64,000 bases of DNA from Gemmatimonadota bacterium (GCA_039588295.1 JBDHAB010000011.1:1-64000); one strand, 5' to 3'; positions 1 through 10,982 are shown, counted from the first letter of the stretch. A program made the numbers and translations. Notes: generated by a model not told the origin, from the sequence alone.

Positions 1-1
1 T

Positions 2-3000
2 GGCACCGCTCCCCTCGACAGCGCGTTCGCCGTGCAGCTCGTGCAGCGGCTTCGGGACCAGCCGGCGTCGATCATGCCCGCCCTCGACTGGCTCAACGAG
101 AACCTGGCTGCCCAAGGGACGTCGCCCAACGAAGTGGTTGCTCAGGCACACCAGGCGCAGGCCGCCGCGAACATTACGGTTCGGAACATCATCACCAGCA
201 TGCGGTGGATGTCGTCCATCGACTGGTCGGGATTCTTCGAGGGCGTCAGCTTGGTCGACGAAGTGTTTCGGACTGTTCCGGGATTCGCCGCCATGGACTT
301 CCACACCCGTGACAAGTATCGGGCGGCCGTCGAGGAGTTGTCCCGCGGATCGAGAGAATCGGAACTGGAGGTGGCACGCGAAGCCGTCCGGCTCGCGCAC
401 GAAGCAGGGCGGGAAAACCCGGGAGCCTTGTCGCAGACCAGTCCGACCGAAGCCGAGGCCATCCGACCCGAGGACCAGTCAGGTCTCTTCGCCATTCCCC
501 AACGACCGGAGGAGGACCCGGGGTACCATCTCGTGTCCCGAGGCCGAGGGGCGTTCGAGAGGAGGCTGGGCTTTCGCGTCCCGTGGCGAGTCCGGATCCG
601 ACGTGCGTGGCGCGCCCAAGCAACATCAGGCTATTTCGGACTGATCGCCGTCCTGACCGCGCTGGTTCTCTCCGGCCCGCTGTTCCTGACCTGGAAAGCA
701 GGAGCGGGCGTGCCGATCCTCATGCTCCTCGGGATCCTCGCCCTCGTGCCCGCCTCGGATATCGCAGTGGCCCTAATCCATCGCTTGGTGACGGCTGTCG
801 TTCCCCCGCGGCTCCTTTCCAAGCTCGAACTGGCGCACGGGGTGCCGGCGGATCTTAGAACCATGGTCGTTGTGCCCACGTTGCTCACGAGCCGCGCAGA
901 TATCGAAGAGTCCGTCGAGCGGCTCCAGGTGCACTTCTTGGCGAATCCCGATGGGCATCTTCACTTCGCACTCCTGACCGATTGGAAGGACGCTCCCCAC
1001 GAATACATGCCCGGCGACGAGGATCTCCTCACTGAGCTGGCCAACGAAGTCGCGCGTCTCAACGAGCGACACGGGAGTCCGCCCGGTGGGGGGGAGCGGT
1101 TCATGCTCTTGCATCGCAGGCGCCTGTGGAACGAGAAGGAAGGCAAGTGGATCGGCTGGGAACGGAAACGTGGCAAGCTGCACGAACTGAACCGGCTTCT
1201 TCGGGGCGCCACGGACACCACGTTCCTTCCGATCAACGGCAAGCCGCCCACCGTGCCCGATGGCGTCCGCTACGTCATCACGTTGGATGCCGACACCCGG
1301 CTTCCACGAACGGCTGCCTACCGCCTCGTCGGGGCAATGGCCCACCCATTGAATCGACCGCGCTTGGACCCCGGGCTGGGGCGGGTCGTCGAGGGGTATG
1401 CGATCCTCCAGCCGCGGATCGTGCCGTCCCTACCCACGGGACCCCGAAGCACGACCTACCAGCGGATCGTGTCGGGCCCGGGAGGCGTGGACCCCTACGC
1501 GGGCGCGGTCTCCGATGTGTATCAGGACCTGTTCGGCGAGGGGTCGTACACGGGGAAAGGGATCTATGACGTCGACGCATTCGAGGCGGCTCTTGCGGGG
1601 CGGGTCCCGGACAATGCGCTCCTCAGTCACGATCTCTTCGAGGGGGTGTTCGCGCGCGCGGGACTGGTGACCGACATCGACCTGTTCGAGGAGTTTCCCA
1701 CCAATTACGAGGTGGCCGTGCGCCGTGCCCATCGGTGGGTGCGGGGCGACTGGCAACTCCTCCCCTGGATCCTGGGCCGGCCGCGCAACGCGGCGGGGCA
1801 GAAGCAGCGAACGCGCATTCCTTCGCACGGCCGATGGAAGATGCTGGACAACCTGCGCCGCAGCCTCTCGGCACCGTCATCGTTCCTACTCGGCGTCGCC
1901 GCCTGGACCTTGCCCGCCGTGTCTCCACTGCTGTGGACCGGCCTGCTTCTCGGATCTGTCGCGGTGCCCGCGTTCATGCCGGTGCTCGACGGTCTGGTTC
2001 CTCGACGGCAAGGGTTCTCCAAACGCAGCCATCTGCGCGCCACGGGCGGCGATATCCAGGTTGCCGCGCTGCAGGGGTTGCTGGCCATCGCGGTGCTGGC
2101 GCACCAGGCCCGGTACATGACCGATGCTGTGGTGCGCACGCTTTGGCGGCTCTACGTCACGAAGCGGAACCTCCTCAGGTGGGTCGCGGCAGCGCAGGTC
2201 GGGTACGGCGCCGACCTGAGGCTCCGCGCCTTCTACCTGCACCTGCGCTGGAGCGTCCTCCTCGCCTCGGGCGCCGGCGTGCTCTTCATCATCCTCAAAC
2301 CGGGAGCATGGCCGGTCGCTGGGCCCCTGGTTCTCCTCTGGGTCCTATCGCCCGTTCTCACCTGGCGGCTCAGCATTCCCGCGAAGCCCGCAGAAGAACA
2401 CCGCCTCTCGCCGCGCGAGGAGCGCTCCTTGCGGCTCATCGCAAGGAGGACCTGGCGCTTCTTCGAGACATTCGTAAACGCTGAGGAGCACTTTCTCCCG
2501 CCGGACAACTTCCAAGAAGATCCCGAGCCTGTCGTCGCCCACCGCACCTCACCGACGAACATGGGGCTGTACCTCCTGAGCACGATGGCCGCCCATGACT
2601 TCGGCTGGATCGGGATCTTGGACATGACCCACCGTCTCGAAGTCACGCTGGAGACGATGGCCAACTTGCGCCGGTTTCACGGTCATTTCGTCAACTGGTA
2701 CGACACGAGGGACCTCCGGCCGCTCGATCCCCTCTACATCTCCACCGTCGACAGCGGGAATCTGGCTGGGCATCTCATCGCGCTGTCTCAAGGATGCCGC
2801 CAGTTCATGCGTCAACCGGTTCTGGGCCCGCACGTTCTGGATGGTATTCGCGACGCGCTTCAACCGGTTCTCGAAAAGGTCGCAATGGCCACGTTCCGGC
2901 CGGAAGCAGAAACAGTCACGGAAATGCAGGTACGAGAGGCCTTGCAGGCGATGTCGGCCGTCCTGGAGGACCCCCCGAGGTCGCTCCCAGAATGGGAGCG

Positions 3001-6000
3001 CCGGTTCGAGGCGCTCGAGACCCGTGCGGAGAACCTCCTGGACATCGCCAGCACGCTTTCCACCGCCCTGGAGCACGGAGACGGATCGGAGATCCTGACT
3101 TGGGCAACGGCCGTCCGAGACACCGTCCGGAGCCACGCACGCGATCTCGAGCTGATCCGTCACGAGGATCCCGACGCGTCCGGAACAGCGGCGATCACGC
3201 TCGCGCACCGCCTCTCCGCCCTCGCACTCCAGTCGGAACAGATGGCTTGGGCGATGGACTTCCGCTTCCTCTTCGACGCCTCGCGCAAGCTGTTCTCGAT
3301 CGGCTTCCGCGTGGCCGACAACACGCTCGACCCGAGCTGCTACGACCTGTTGGCCTCGGAGGCGAGGCTGGCGAGTTTCGTGGCGGTCGCCAAGGGAGAT
3401 GTTTCGCCACGGCACTGGTTCCTCCTCGGCCGGGCCCTCACGCCAGTGGGGCGTGGGGCGGCCCTCGTCTCTTGGTCGGGATCGATGTTCGAGTACCTGA
3501 TGCCGCTTCTCGTGATCGAGCAGCCGGCCCGCAGTTTGCTGGATCTCTCGTGCCGCCTCGTCGTGGGACGCCAGGTCCGGTATGGCGCGGAGCGAGGGGT
3601 CCCCTGGGGGGTCTCCGAGTCGGCCTACAACGTGCGCGATGTGGAGCTCACCTATCAGTACTCGGATTTCGGTGTGCCCGGTCTGGGACTCAAGCGCGGG
3701 CTGTTCGAGGACGTGGTGGTGGCACCCTACGCCACCGCGCTCGCGGCCATGGTGGATCCCGGGGCCGTCGTCGACAACTTCGCTCGTCTCGAGGAGGCCG
3801 GGGCTGGCGGTGCCTACGGGTTCTACGAGGCGTTGGATTTCACGCCGTCGAGGCTTCCCGAGAAGGCACGGGTGGCCGTGGTACGGGCGTACATGGCCCA
3901 CCACCAGGGGATGACGATCGTCTCCCTGGGAAACGTCGTGCACCACGGCCTCACCCGGAGACGCTTCCACGCGCATCCCATGATCCAGGCAGCGGAGCTG
4001 TTGCTGCAGGAGCGCACACCGCGTGCGGTGGCCGTGACGCGGCCCCGGGGTGAGGAAGTACAGGTGGCCACCCACGTCCGCGACCTCATTCCACCAACCC
4101 TGCGGCGGTTCGAATCACCGCATGACATTCCACCGCGCACGCATGTCCTGTCGAACGGTCGGTACATGGTCATGGTCACGGCGGCGGGCTCCGGGTTCAG
4201 CCGATGGCACGACGTCGCCGCGACCAGATGTCGAGAGGACACGACGCGTGACGCCTGGGGCACCTTCATCTTCTTGCGCGACGCGAAGACCGGTGACGTC
4301 TGGTCCGCCGGGTTCCAGCCGAGCGGAACCGAAGTGGACAAGTACAACGTCGTCTATGCCGAAGACCGGGCCAAGATCGTGCAGCGGGACCGATCACTGT
4401 CAACCACGCTCGAGATCGTCGTTTCGCCCGAAGACGATGCCGAGCTACGCCAGCTGACGGTGACCAATCTGGAGAATCGCGATCGCGAGATCGATTTCAC
4501 CTCCTATGCGGAGGTGGTGCTGGCCTCGCAAGCCGCCGACGAGGCACATCCGGCTTTTTCCAACCTCTTTGTGGAAACCGAATTCGTTCCCGGGCTCCAG
4601 ACGCTGCTCGCAACGCGACGCCCACGATCGGCGGACGAGCCACAGCTGTGGCTGGCCCATCTTGCCGCCATCGAGGGGGAAATCGTCGGCACATACGAAT
4701 ACGAGAGCGACCGCGCCAGCTTTCTGGGCCGAGGCCGCGGGATACGGACACCGCTTTCGGTGATCGAGGGCAAACCGCTCACGAACACCGCGGGGACGAT
4801 TCTCGATCCGATCGTGAGTCTCCGGTATCGGGTGACGATTCCGCCGGGCAGGACAGCCCGTCTCGTGTTCACCACGCTCGTGGCGTCCTCCCGGGAGGAA
4901 GCGCTCGACCTTGCGGAGAAGTACCGCCAGCCGGATACGTTCGAGCGAGAGAGCTCCCTCGCCTGGATGTATGCCCAGGTCCAGCTCCACCACCTCCAGA
5001 TCACCCAGGACGAGGCACATCTGTTCCAGCGCCTGGCCAATCGTATGCTGTACGACGATCGCACCTTGCGCACGGTCCCAGAGGATCTGGCCGCCAACCG
5101 CCGAGGTGCGTCCGGGCTCTGGGCCCACGGCATCTCCGGCGATCTGCCGATCGCCGTCGCCCGCGTCGAGCAGGAAGAAGAGCGGGATGTCGCGAGGCAA
5201 CTGCTGCGGGCGCACGAGTATTGGCACCTGAAGGGGATCTCCACCGATCTGGTGATCCTCAATGCGAAAGGGGCGTCCTACGCGCAGGATCTCCAGGAGT
5301 CGTTCGAGGCCATGGTGCGGGCAAGTCAGTCCGCGGTCGGCCGTGAGAGAAACGGGAAGCGGGGGAGCGTCTTCGTGCTCCGGGAAGACCTATTGCCTTC
5401 GCAAGACCTGCTCCTGCTGCGTTCCGCGGCGCGCGTGTTGATCCTGGCGAGCAGGGGTACGCTATCTGAGCAGGTGATCCGGCTGCAGCGATTGAGGCCG
5501 GGACCGGTGCCGCCGCAGCTCCGCGCGCCGCGAGAAGACGCCGAGCCGGTTCCCCCTCCGGCGCTGGATCTCGAGTACTTCAACGGTCTGGGAGGATTCA
5601 CCCAGGACGGTCGCGAATACGTCACGGTTCTGGGCAAGGGACAATGGACACCGGCTCCCTGGATCAACGTCGTGGCGAACCCGGCGTTTGGGTTTCAGGC
5701 TTCCGAGTCAGGCTCCGGCTATACCTGGTCCGTTAACAGCCGCGAGAACAAGCTGACGCCCTGGTCGAACGATCCGGTCAGCGACACGCCGGGCGAAGTG
5801 TTCTACGTACGCGACCTGGACACGGGTCGGATCTGGGGACCCACCTGTCTCCCGATCCGCGAACAGGCCTGGCCCTACGTGATCCGGCACGCTCAAGGCT
5901 ACAGTCGCTTCGAGCACACGTCCCACGGCATCGCACTGGACGTGCTGCAGTTCGTGCCGCCGCACGACCCCGTCAAGATCTCGCGCCTCACGCTAGTGAA

Positions 6001-7975
6001 TCGGTCGAGCCGCAAGCGGCGCCTTTCTGTCACGGCCTATGTCGAATGGGTATTAGGGGTCACACGCAGTGGTGCTGCGCCGTACGTGGTCACCGAAATC
6101 GATCCCGCGACCCGGGCCACGTTCGCGCGCAACGCGTGGAACGGTGAATTCGCGAGTCGGGTCGCCTTCGCTGATCTCGGCGGGCGCCAGACGTCTTGGA
6201 CCAGCGACCGCCTCGAGTTCCTCGGACGCAATGCGAGCCTCGACCACCCAGCGTCGCTTGAACGGGGCGACGAGCTGTCGGGAAAGGCCGGTGCGACCCT
6301 GGACCCCTGCGCCGCGCTGCAGACGGAGGTGGAGCTGGAGCCAGGCGAACGCACCGAGGTGCTGTTCCTCCTTGGACAGGGCGAAAGCCTCGAGCAGGCA
6401 CGAACGCTCGTGAATCGTTATCGCACCAAGGATTGCGACGCCGTCCTTCGCGAGGTTCAAGAACAGTGGGACACCGTGCTCGGGACGGTACAGGTCAGGA
6501 CGCCGGACGCTTCGATGGATCTGCTGCTCAATCGCTGGCTCCTCCATCAGGTGCTGTCCTGTCGCATCTGGTCCCGCTCCGCCTTCTACCAGTCCGGAGG
6601 GGCGTACGGCTTCCGCGATCAGCTGCAGGACGTCCTGGCCCTGTTGCTCGCGCGGCCCGATATCGCGCGCGAACATGTCCTCCGGGCTGCTTCCCGCCAG
6701 TTCAGTCAAGGAGATGTCCAGCACTGGTGGCATCCGCCAACGGGACGCGGCGTACGGACGCGCATCTCCGACGACCGCCTTTGGCTGCCGTATGTCGTCA
6801 TGCACTATCTGACGGTGACGGAGGATTGGGCGGTGCTGGACGAGATGGTCCCGTGGCTCGAGGGACGGGCGCTGGAGCCGCACGAGCACGAGGCCTACTT
6901 CGAACCCGAGGCATCGGACGAGCGAGCGACACTGTACGAACATTGTGCGCGGGCCCTGGACCGGAGTCTCGAGGTGGGCAGCCATGGACTCCCATTAATC
7001 GGTGGGGGCGACTGGAACGACGGGATGAATCGTGTCGGCCGAGAGGGTCGTGGAGAAAGCGTGTGGCTCGGTTGGTTTCTCCACGTGAATTTGCGCGAGT
7101 TTGCTCGGATCGCCGAGCGCCGAGAGGAGAAGACCCGTGCAGGACATTGGCGGAAGCAGGCCGAATCTCTCGCTGCCTCACTGGACAACGAGGCATGGGA
7201 CGGGGAGTGGTACAAGCGCGCGTTCTTCGACGACGGAACGCCGCTCGGCTCCGCTGAGAACGACGAATGCCAGATCGACTCCATTGCGCAGTCCTGGGCC
7301 GTCCTCTCCGGCGCAGGTGATGAGGGGCGGGCGCGCCAGGCCATGGACTCGGTGGCACGACGCCTGGTGCGTCAGGAGGACCGGTTGCTGCTGCTCTTCT
7401 CACCGCCGTTCGACGAGACGCATTTGGACCCCGGTTACATCAAGGGATACCTCCCCGGTATCCGGGAAAACGGCGGGCAATACACCCACGCCGCGATCTG
7501 GTCGGTCATGGCGTTCGCTCAACTTGGCGACGGGGACAAGAGTTACGACCTTTTCAGCCTGCTGAACCCGATTCACCACGCGAGTCGTCGTGCCAGCGCT
7601 CACCGGTACAAGGTGGAGCCCTACGCCGTCGCCGCGGATATCTACTCCGCACCGGCCCACGTGGGACGGGGAGGATGGACCTGGTACACCGGGTCTGCGG
7701 CTTGGCTGTATCGCGCGGGCTTGGAGTCGATCCTCGGATTCCGGAAGCGCGGCTCCACCGTCAGCATCGATCCGTGCATTCCTCGAGAGTGGAAACGCTT
7801 CGAGATCGTCTACCACCACGGTACCACTCTCTACCGGATTGAGGTTGAGAATCCGAACGCAGTCTGTCGAGGCGTATCCAGCGTCAGTCTGGACGGAACC
7901 CCGCTTCCGGCGGCAGCGCTCGTCCCCTTGTCCGACGACGGTCTGGAGCACCGGATCCACGTGGTGCTCGGATAG
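2..7975 (+). CDS. ndvB: Cyclic beta-1,2-glucan synthase (Cgs/NdvB/ChvB family; GT84 + glucoamylase-like + GH94 domains), 5'-truncated by the window edge
   Basis: Frame is open from base 2. Motifs GWERKRGKL, ITLDADT, GKGIYD, LLSHDLFEG, HRWVRGDWQ, PPDNFQE, HRTSPTNMG, SWSGSMFEYLMP, QSGGAYGFRDQLQD, GDWNDGMN, RENGGQYTH, GGWTWYTGS. Confidence 0.93.
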   Translation, partial: GTAPLDSAFAVQLVQRLRDQPASIMPALDWLNENLAAQGTSPNEVVAQAHQAQAAANITVRNIITSMRWMSSIDWSGFFEGVSLVDEVFRTVPGFAAMDFHTRDKYRAAVEELSRGSRESELEVAREAVRLAHEAGRENPGALSQTSPTEAEAIRPEDQSGLFAIPQRPEEDPGYHLVSRGRGAFERRLGFRVPWRVRIRRAWRAQATSGYFGLIAVLTALVLSGPLFLTWKAGAGVPILMLLGILALVPASDIAVALIHRLVTAVVPPRLLSKLELAHGVPADLRTMVVVPTLLTSRADIEESVERLQVHFLANPDGHLHFALLTDWKDAPHEYMPGDEDLLTELANEVARLNERHGSPPGGGERFMLLHRRRLWNEKEGKWIGWERKRGKLHELNRLLRGATDTTFLPINGKPPTVPDGVRYVITLDADTRLPRTAAYRLVGAMAHPLNRPRLDPGLGRVVEGYAILQPRIVPSLPTGPRSTTYQRIVSGPGGVDPYAGAVSDVYQDLFGEGSYTGKGIYDVDAFEAALAGRVPDNALLSHDLFEGVFARAGLVTDIDLFEEFPTNYEVAVRRAHRWVRGDWQLLPWILGRPRNAAGQKQRTRIPSHGRWKMLDNLRRSLSAPSSFLLGVAAWTLPAVSPLLWTGLLLGSVAVPAFMPVLDGLVPRRQGFSKRSHLRATGGDIQVAALQGLLAIAVLAHQARYMTDAVVRTLWRLYVTKRNLLRWVAAAQVGYGADLRLRAFYLHLRWSVLLASGAGVLFIILKPGAWPVAGPLVLLWVLSPVLTWRLSIPAKPAEEHRLSPREERSLRLIARRTWRFFETFVNAEEHFLPPDNFQEDPEPVVAHRTSPTNMGLYLLSTMAAHDFGWIGILDMTHRLEVTLETMANLRRFHGHFVNWYDTRDLRPLDPLYISTVDSGNLAGHLIALSQGCRQFMRQPVLGPHVLDGIRDALQPVLEKVAMATFRPEAETVTEMQVREALQAMSAVLEDPPRSLPEWERRFEALETRAENLLDIASTLSTALEHGDGSEILTWATAVRDTVRSHARDLELIRHEDPDASGTAAITLAHRLSALALQSEQMAWAMDFRFLFDASRKLFSIGFRVADNTLDPSCYDLLASEARLASFVAVAKGDVSPRHWFLLGRALTPVGRGAALVSWSGSMFEYLMPLLVIEQPARSLLDLSCRLVVGRQVRYGAERGVPWGVSESAYNVRDVELTYQYSDFGVPGLGLKRGLFEDVVVAPYATALAAMVDPGAVVDNFARLEEAGAGGAYGFYEALDFTPSRLPEKARVAVVRAYMAHHQGMTIVSLGNVVHHGLTRRRFHAHPMIQAAELLLQERTPRAVAVTRPRGEEVQVATHVRDLIPPTLRRFESPHDIPPRTHVLSNGRYMVMVTAAGSGFSRWHDVAATRCREDTTRDAWGTFIFLRDAKTGDVWSAGFQPSGTEVDKYNVVYAEDRAKIVQRDRSLSTTLEIVVSPEDDAELRQLTVTNLENRDREIDFTSYAEVVLASQAADEAHPAFSNLFVETEFVPGLQTLLATRRPRSADEPQLWLAHLAAIEGEIVGTYEYESDRASFLGRGRGIRTPLSVIEGKPLTNTAGTILDPIVSLRYRVTIPPGRTARLVFTTLVASSREEALDLAEKYRQPDTFERESSLAWMYAQVQLHHLQITQDEAHLFQRLANRMLYDDRTLRTVPEDLAANRRGASGLWAHGISGDLPIAVARVEQEEERDVARQLLRAHEYWHLKGISTDLVILNAKGASYAQDLQESFEAMVRASQSAVGRERNGKRGSVFVLREDLLPSQDLLLLRSAARVLILASRGTLSEQVIRLQRLRPGPVPPQLRAPREDAEPVPPPALDLEYFNGLGGFTQDGREYVTVLGKGQWTPAPWINVVANPAFGFQASESGSGYTWSVNSRENKLTPWSNDPVSDTPGEVFYVRDLDTGRIWGPTCLPIREQAWPYVIRHAQGYSRFEHTSHGIALDVLQFVPPHDPVKISRLTLVNRSSRKRRLSVTAYVEWVLGVTRSGAAPYVVTEIDPATRATFARNAWNGEFASRVAFADLGGRQTSWTSDRLEFLGRNASLDHPASLERGDELSGKAGATLDPCAALQTEVELEPGERTEVLFLLGQGESLEQARTLVNRYRTKDCDAVLREVQEQWDTVLGTVQVRTPDASMDLLLNRWLLHQVLSCRIWSRSAFYQSGGAYGFRDQLQDVLALLLARPDIAREHVLRAASRQFSQGDVQHWWHPPTGRGVRTRISDDRLWLPYVVMHYLTVTEDWAVLDEMVPWLEGRALEPHEHEAYFEPEASDERATLYEHCARALDRSLEVGSHGLPLIGGGDWNDGMNRVGREGRGESVWLGWFLHVNLREFARIAERREEKTRAGHWRKQAESLAASLDNEAWDGEWYKRAFFDDGTPLGSAENDECQIDSIAQSWAVLSGAGDEGRARQAMDSVARRLVRQEDRLLLLFSPPFDETHLDPGYIKGYLPGIRENGGQYTHAAIWSVMAFAQLGDGDKSYDLFSLLNPIHHASRRASAHRYKVEPYAVAADIYSAPAHVGRGGWTWYTGSAAWLYRAGLESILGFRKRGSTVSIDPCIPREWKRFEIVYHHGTTLYRIEVENPNAVCRGVSSVSLDGTPLPAAALVPLSDDGLEHRIHVVLG

Positions 7976-8069
7976 GCACCCCAGGATTGAGCTGTCAGGG
8001 ACGGTGACGGCCGCCGTGTCTCGCCGGGCGGCAGTGATGATCGTCGCTCTGGATCCAGACGAATGACAC

Positions 8070-9302
8070 GTGCTAGAATACAAAGAGTCACAATCCACCG
8101 GAGACCGACCAGTGAGCGTGACAGTGAGGGTCACCGTCCCGATGGCAACGGCAGCCGCTCTGGTGCTGCTGCCGGTCGCCGTCCAGAACACCCGAATCGG
8201 GTCACCCTCCGTGCGGCCGATGGCGGCGGACTCTCTGAACGACGGACCGCACGTCTATTGGCAAACCCCCTCCCAGGCACTGGTCTTCTACCTCTGTGAG
8301 GGATCGTTCGTTGCGGAGTGGTCCGAGCCGAGCGATACGCTGCGTTTCAATGGGTTCTGCAGCGACTCGACGTGGCAGTACGTGATACCCGTTCGGGCTC
8401 CTGAGATCGAACCGGATACCTACGAAGACGTGCCGAAGATTTTCGCGATAAGCGACATCCACGGTGAATTCGCATCGCTCGTCGATCTGCTCCGGGCGTC
8501 GGGAGTCATTGATGAAGGGATGCACTGGACCTGGGGCGATGGACACCTCGTCGTCAACGGGGACACCTTCGACCGCGGCGACCAGGTGACGGAGTGTCTG
8601 TGGCTGTTCCATCGTCTCGAGCTCGAGGCGCGCCGGGTGGGTGGCCGCGTTCACTTTCTGCTGGGCAACCACGAAACCATGGTCCTGCGTCGCGACCTTC
8701 GCTACGTCAACGAGAAATACACAAACGGAGTCGTACGAAAGACGGGGATCAACTACACCGACTTGTTCGGACCTGACATGGAGCTGGGGCGTTGGCTGCG
8801 CACGAAGCACACCGCCATCAGGCTCAACCGCGTGCTGTTCGTGCATGGCGGTTTCCCACCGCGTCTGGTGGCGCGTGGTACAAGCTTGGGAGCACTGAAC
8901 CAGTTGGCACGTGAGACCTTGGACTCCAGGTCGTACGAGATCGTATTCAACAATGAGCTCAGGAAGTATTACGGGCACAGTGATGAGGGACCGTTTTGGT
9001 ACCGGGGCTATCTCAAGGCCGAGGAGGGGCGTTACCCGCAGGCGACCGCGGCGCAGGTGGATTCCGTCCTCGAAGCCTACGGCGGTCGCGCGATCGTCGT
9101 CGGTCACACCGGGGTCGACCAGGTGAAGAGTCTGTATGAGGGGAGGGTCTTCGGGCTCGACATTCCGCTGGACACGCTCGGCTCCTTCCAGGGACTCCTG
9201 GTGAAAGGTGACCGTTTCTTCCGTGTGACCGGTGACGGGTCACTCGAGCCACTCGTGGGCGCTGGGGGGCGCTTGGTGGAGAAGAAAGACAACGAGATGT
9301 AG
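8070..9302 (+). CDS. Calcineurin-like metallophosphoesterase (Shewanella-like phosphatase type), probably exported; true start may be slightly downstream
   Basis: SDIHG, GDTFDRG, LGNHE, VHGG, GPFWYRG and VGHT motifs; hydrophobic N-terminal segment. Confidence 0.88.
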   Translation: MLEYKESQSTGDRPVSVTVRVTVPMATAAALVLLPVAVQNTRIGSPSVRPMAADSLNDGPHVYWQTPSQALVFYLCEGSFVAEWSEPSDTLRFNGFCSDSTWQYVIPVRAPEIEPDTYEDVPKIFAISDIHGEFASLVDLLRASGVIDEGMHWTWGDGHLVVNGDTFDRGDQVTECLWLFHRLELEARRVGGRVHFLLGNHETMVLRRDLRYVNEKYTNGVVRKTGINYTDLFGPDMELGRWLRTKHTAIRLNRVLFVHGGFPPRLVARGTSLGALNQLARETLDSRSYEIVFNNELRKYYGHSDEGPFWYRGYLKAEEGRYPQATAAQVDSVLEAYGGRAIVVGHTGVDQVKSLYEGRVFGLDIPLDTLGSFQGLLVKGDRFFRVTGDGSLEPLVGAGGRLVEKKDNEM

Positions 9303-9404
9303 CACGCGGCATCACCGCGTTCGTTCCAACTCGCTTTATCTCATGCAGGTGCGCAGCACGTGGAGTTCGGACGCTACCCTGCGAATCACTTCAGTCCGCT
9401 CGGC

Positions 9405-9448
9405 GAACAACAACCCCGCAGCAAGTTCCCCTGTTGCGGGGCTTGTTC
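9405..9448. terminator. Possible bidirectional terminator hairpin between convergent genes
   Basis: CCCCGCAGCA (9414-9423) pairs with TGTTGCGGGG (9432-9441), flanked by GAACAA/TTGTTC. The U-tract is weak. Confidence 0.35.
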
Positions 9449-9586
9449 CCTCAGGCGGCTGGCCCAATGTCCCGGACCCTGTCACACAAGACCCCAGCGC
9501 TTGACGCTCGCTCCACTCAAAGCTCAGTCTTTCCGCTCCTGGGGTCGGTCGAGTGTGACAGAGCGAGAGCCGGTGAGGCCGACTTC

Positions 9587-10063
9587 CTAGGGGAAGCTAC
9601 TGCACACATCCTCGGTCAGTGCCGGTTCGTGCGACGCAGTCCACGTCACATCGTTGGACACCGATAGAAGTTCTACGCTCCACTGGTGATCGTTGGCTTT
9701 GGGATCGCAGACTCCTGCGGTCCCCCCGCCGAAGTTGGAGTCGATCCAATAGTGGACTTCGAAATCATTCCCCGCTTGCATTACGGCGCCGGTGCTCCAG
9801 GTAAACGACGGATCTTGGGTGGCCGAGACGGCGCCGTTCGCTTGGACGACTACCGACCCATCCGATGTACGGACGAGGGCGATGGCGATCGGTTGACCTC
9901 CGTGGGCACCCTGAAAGCTGGCATCCAGATTGAACGTCAGCCGAAAGGGCCCGGCGGGTCCCTCGTCATTACACGCCGTGCCAACAAAGAACCCCAGTAC
10001 AAGCACCAGCAGCGCCGACGGGGTCATGGTACGCCGGCTTCGGTAGCCAACTTGTTGCGACAT
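9587..10063 (-). CDS. Hypothetical lipoprotein
   Basis: AAGGAG RBS before the ATG; hydrophobic stretch ending in lipobox-like GTAC; beta-rich mature region with two further Cys. Confidence 0.7.
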   Translation of the reverse strand: MSQQVGYRSRRTMTPSALLVLVLGFFVGTACNDEGPAGPFRLTFNLDASFQGAHGGQPIAIALVRTSDGSVVVQANGAVSATQDPSFTWSTGAVMQAGNDFEVHYWIDSNFGGGTAGVCDPKANDHQWSVELLSVSNDVTWTASHEPALTEDVCSSFP

Positions 10064-10391
10064 CGGCAGACTCCTTTGCGCAGTGGCGGGGCGTGTCCAT
10101 GCACGCCCTGCCGTCAGGGAAGTGTTTGCGTGCCGTCCGAGTGGAAGGACGAACTCTTTAGTGGTATTTCGTTCAACCCGGCTGAGCGGTTCCGGGTTCC
10201 ATCACCACCTTCCACACGGGAGCCAACGGTCGTGCGTTCCCGCTACCCCGATTGGAGGTGGATGAGGGAGTGTCCTCTATGACCCACGAGCTGAGACCCA
10301 CCACCCGCGAGTGCGGCGCACCGAATCGCGCCACTCGCAGCGGTAGCACAAAGGCGCTCCCGGGGAGCCCTTGGGACGGCATCGTGTCCCT

Positions 10392-10982
10392 CTAGAGCCA
10401 GCCGAAGCGTACCAGCGTCCGGTTTGCTCGCCACGCAAATAGCCCCGCCAATGTGATGAGAACAACGGTCAGCACAGCGTCGTAGCTGCCGTAGACTTGC
10501 ATCCCCAGGATGATGGTCAGGAGGACCAAAAACAGGCAAAGGGTTGCCAGGCGCTTCCGCAGCACTCGGAACGGCTTGAGACGAGCCACAAAGCCCTCAG
10601 GTACAGGAGCGTTCGGGCCGACCTGGGCCAACAAGGCCTCGATTCTTGGCTGAAGCCCAAGGTGCACGTAGGAGAGCAGGCCCATCAGCGCAACGAGCGC
10701 CAAGGTCTTGACCAGCAGTACCCAGTTTCCCCACAGCGCGCCGATACCCAGCGGGCCAACCACCAGCATCGCCATGCCCGTGAGCAGTACCGTCGCCTGG
10801 AACGCGAAGCAGCGGGTCGCGCCACGGCGGATGATGTTCTCCAAGTACCGGTCGGCCTCGTAGTTGAACGCTGATCCCAACTGCGCGCGCTCGTTGACCG
10901 CGATGAGATTGAACAGGGGCACCGACATGAAGACAAATGCCAACACATGCAAGGTTCTCAGAGCTGCGTAAGCAGTATCCAT
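10392..10982 (-). CDS. Hypothetical integral membrane protein (about 5 TM)
   Basis: Several hydrophobic helices (LHVLAFVFMSVPLFNLI, TVLLTGMAMLVV, LLVKTLALVALMGLLSYVH, LCLFLVLLTIILG); GGAG RBS before MDTAY. Confidence 0.75.
   Translation of the reverse strand: MDTAYAALRTLHVLAFVFMSVPLFNLIAVNERAQLGSAFNYEADRYLENIIRRGATRCFAFQATVLLTGMAMLVVGPLGIGALWGNWVLLVKTLALVALMGLLSYVHLGLQPRIEALLAQVGPNAPVPEGFVARLKPFRVLRKRLATLCLFLVLLTIILGMQVYGSYDAVLTVVLITLAGLFAWRANRTLVRFGWL

Noticed and set aside
2549..4075. Long alternative-frame or antisense ORFs (also 22633-24039, 33897-35333, 57807-59303 and others)
   Set aside because: Expected in high-GC DNA; they overlap well-supported genes and show no family motifs.
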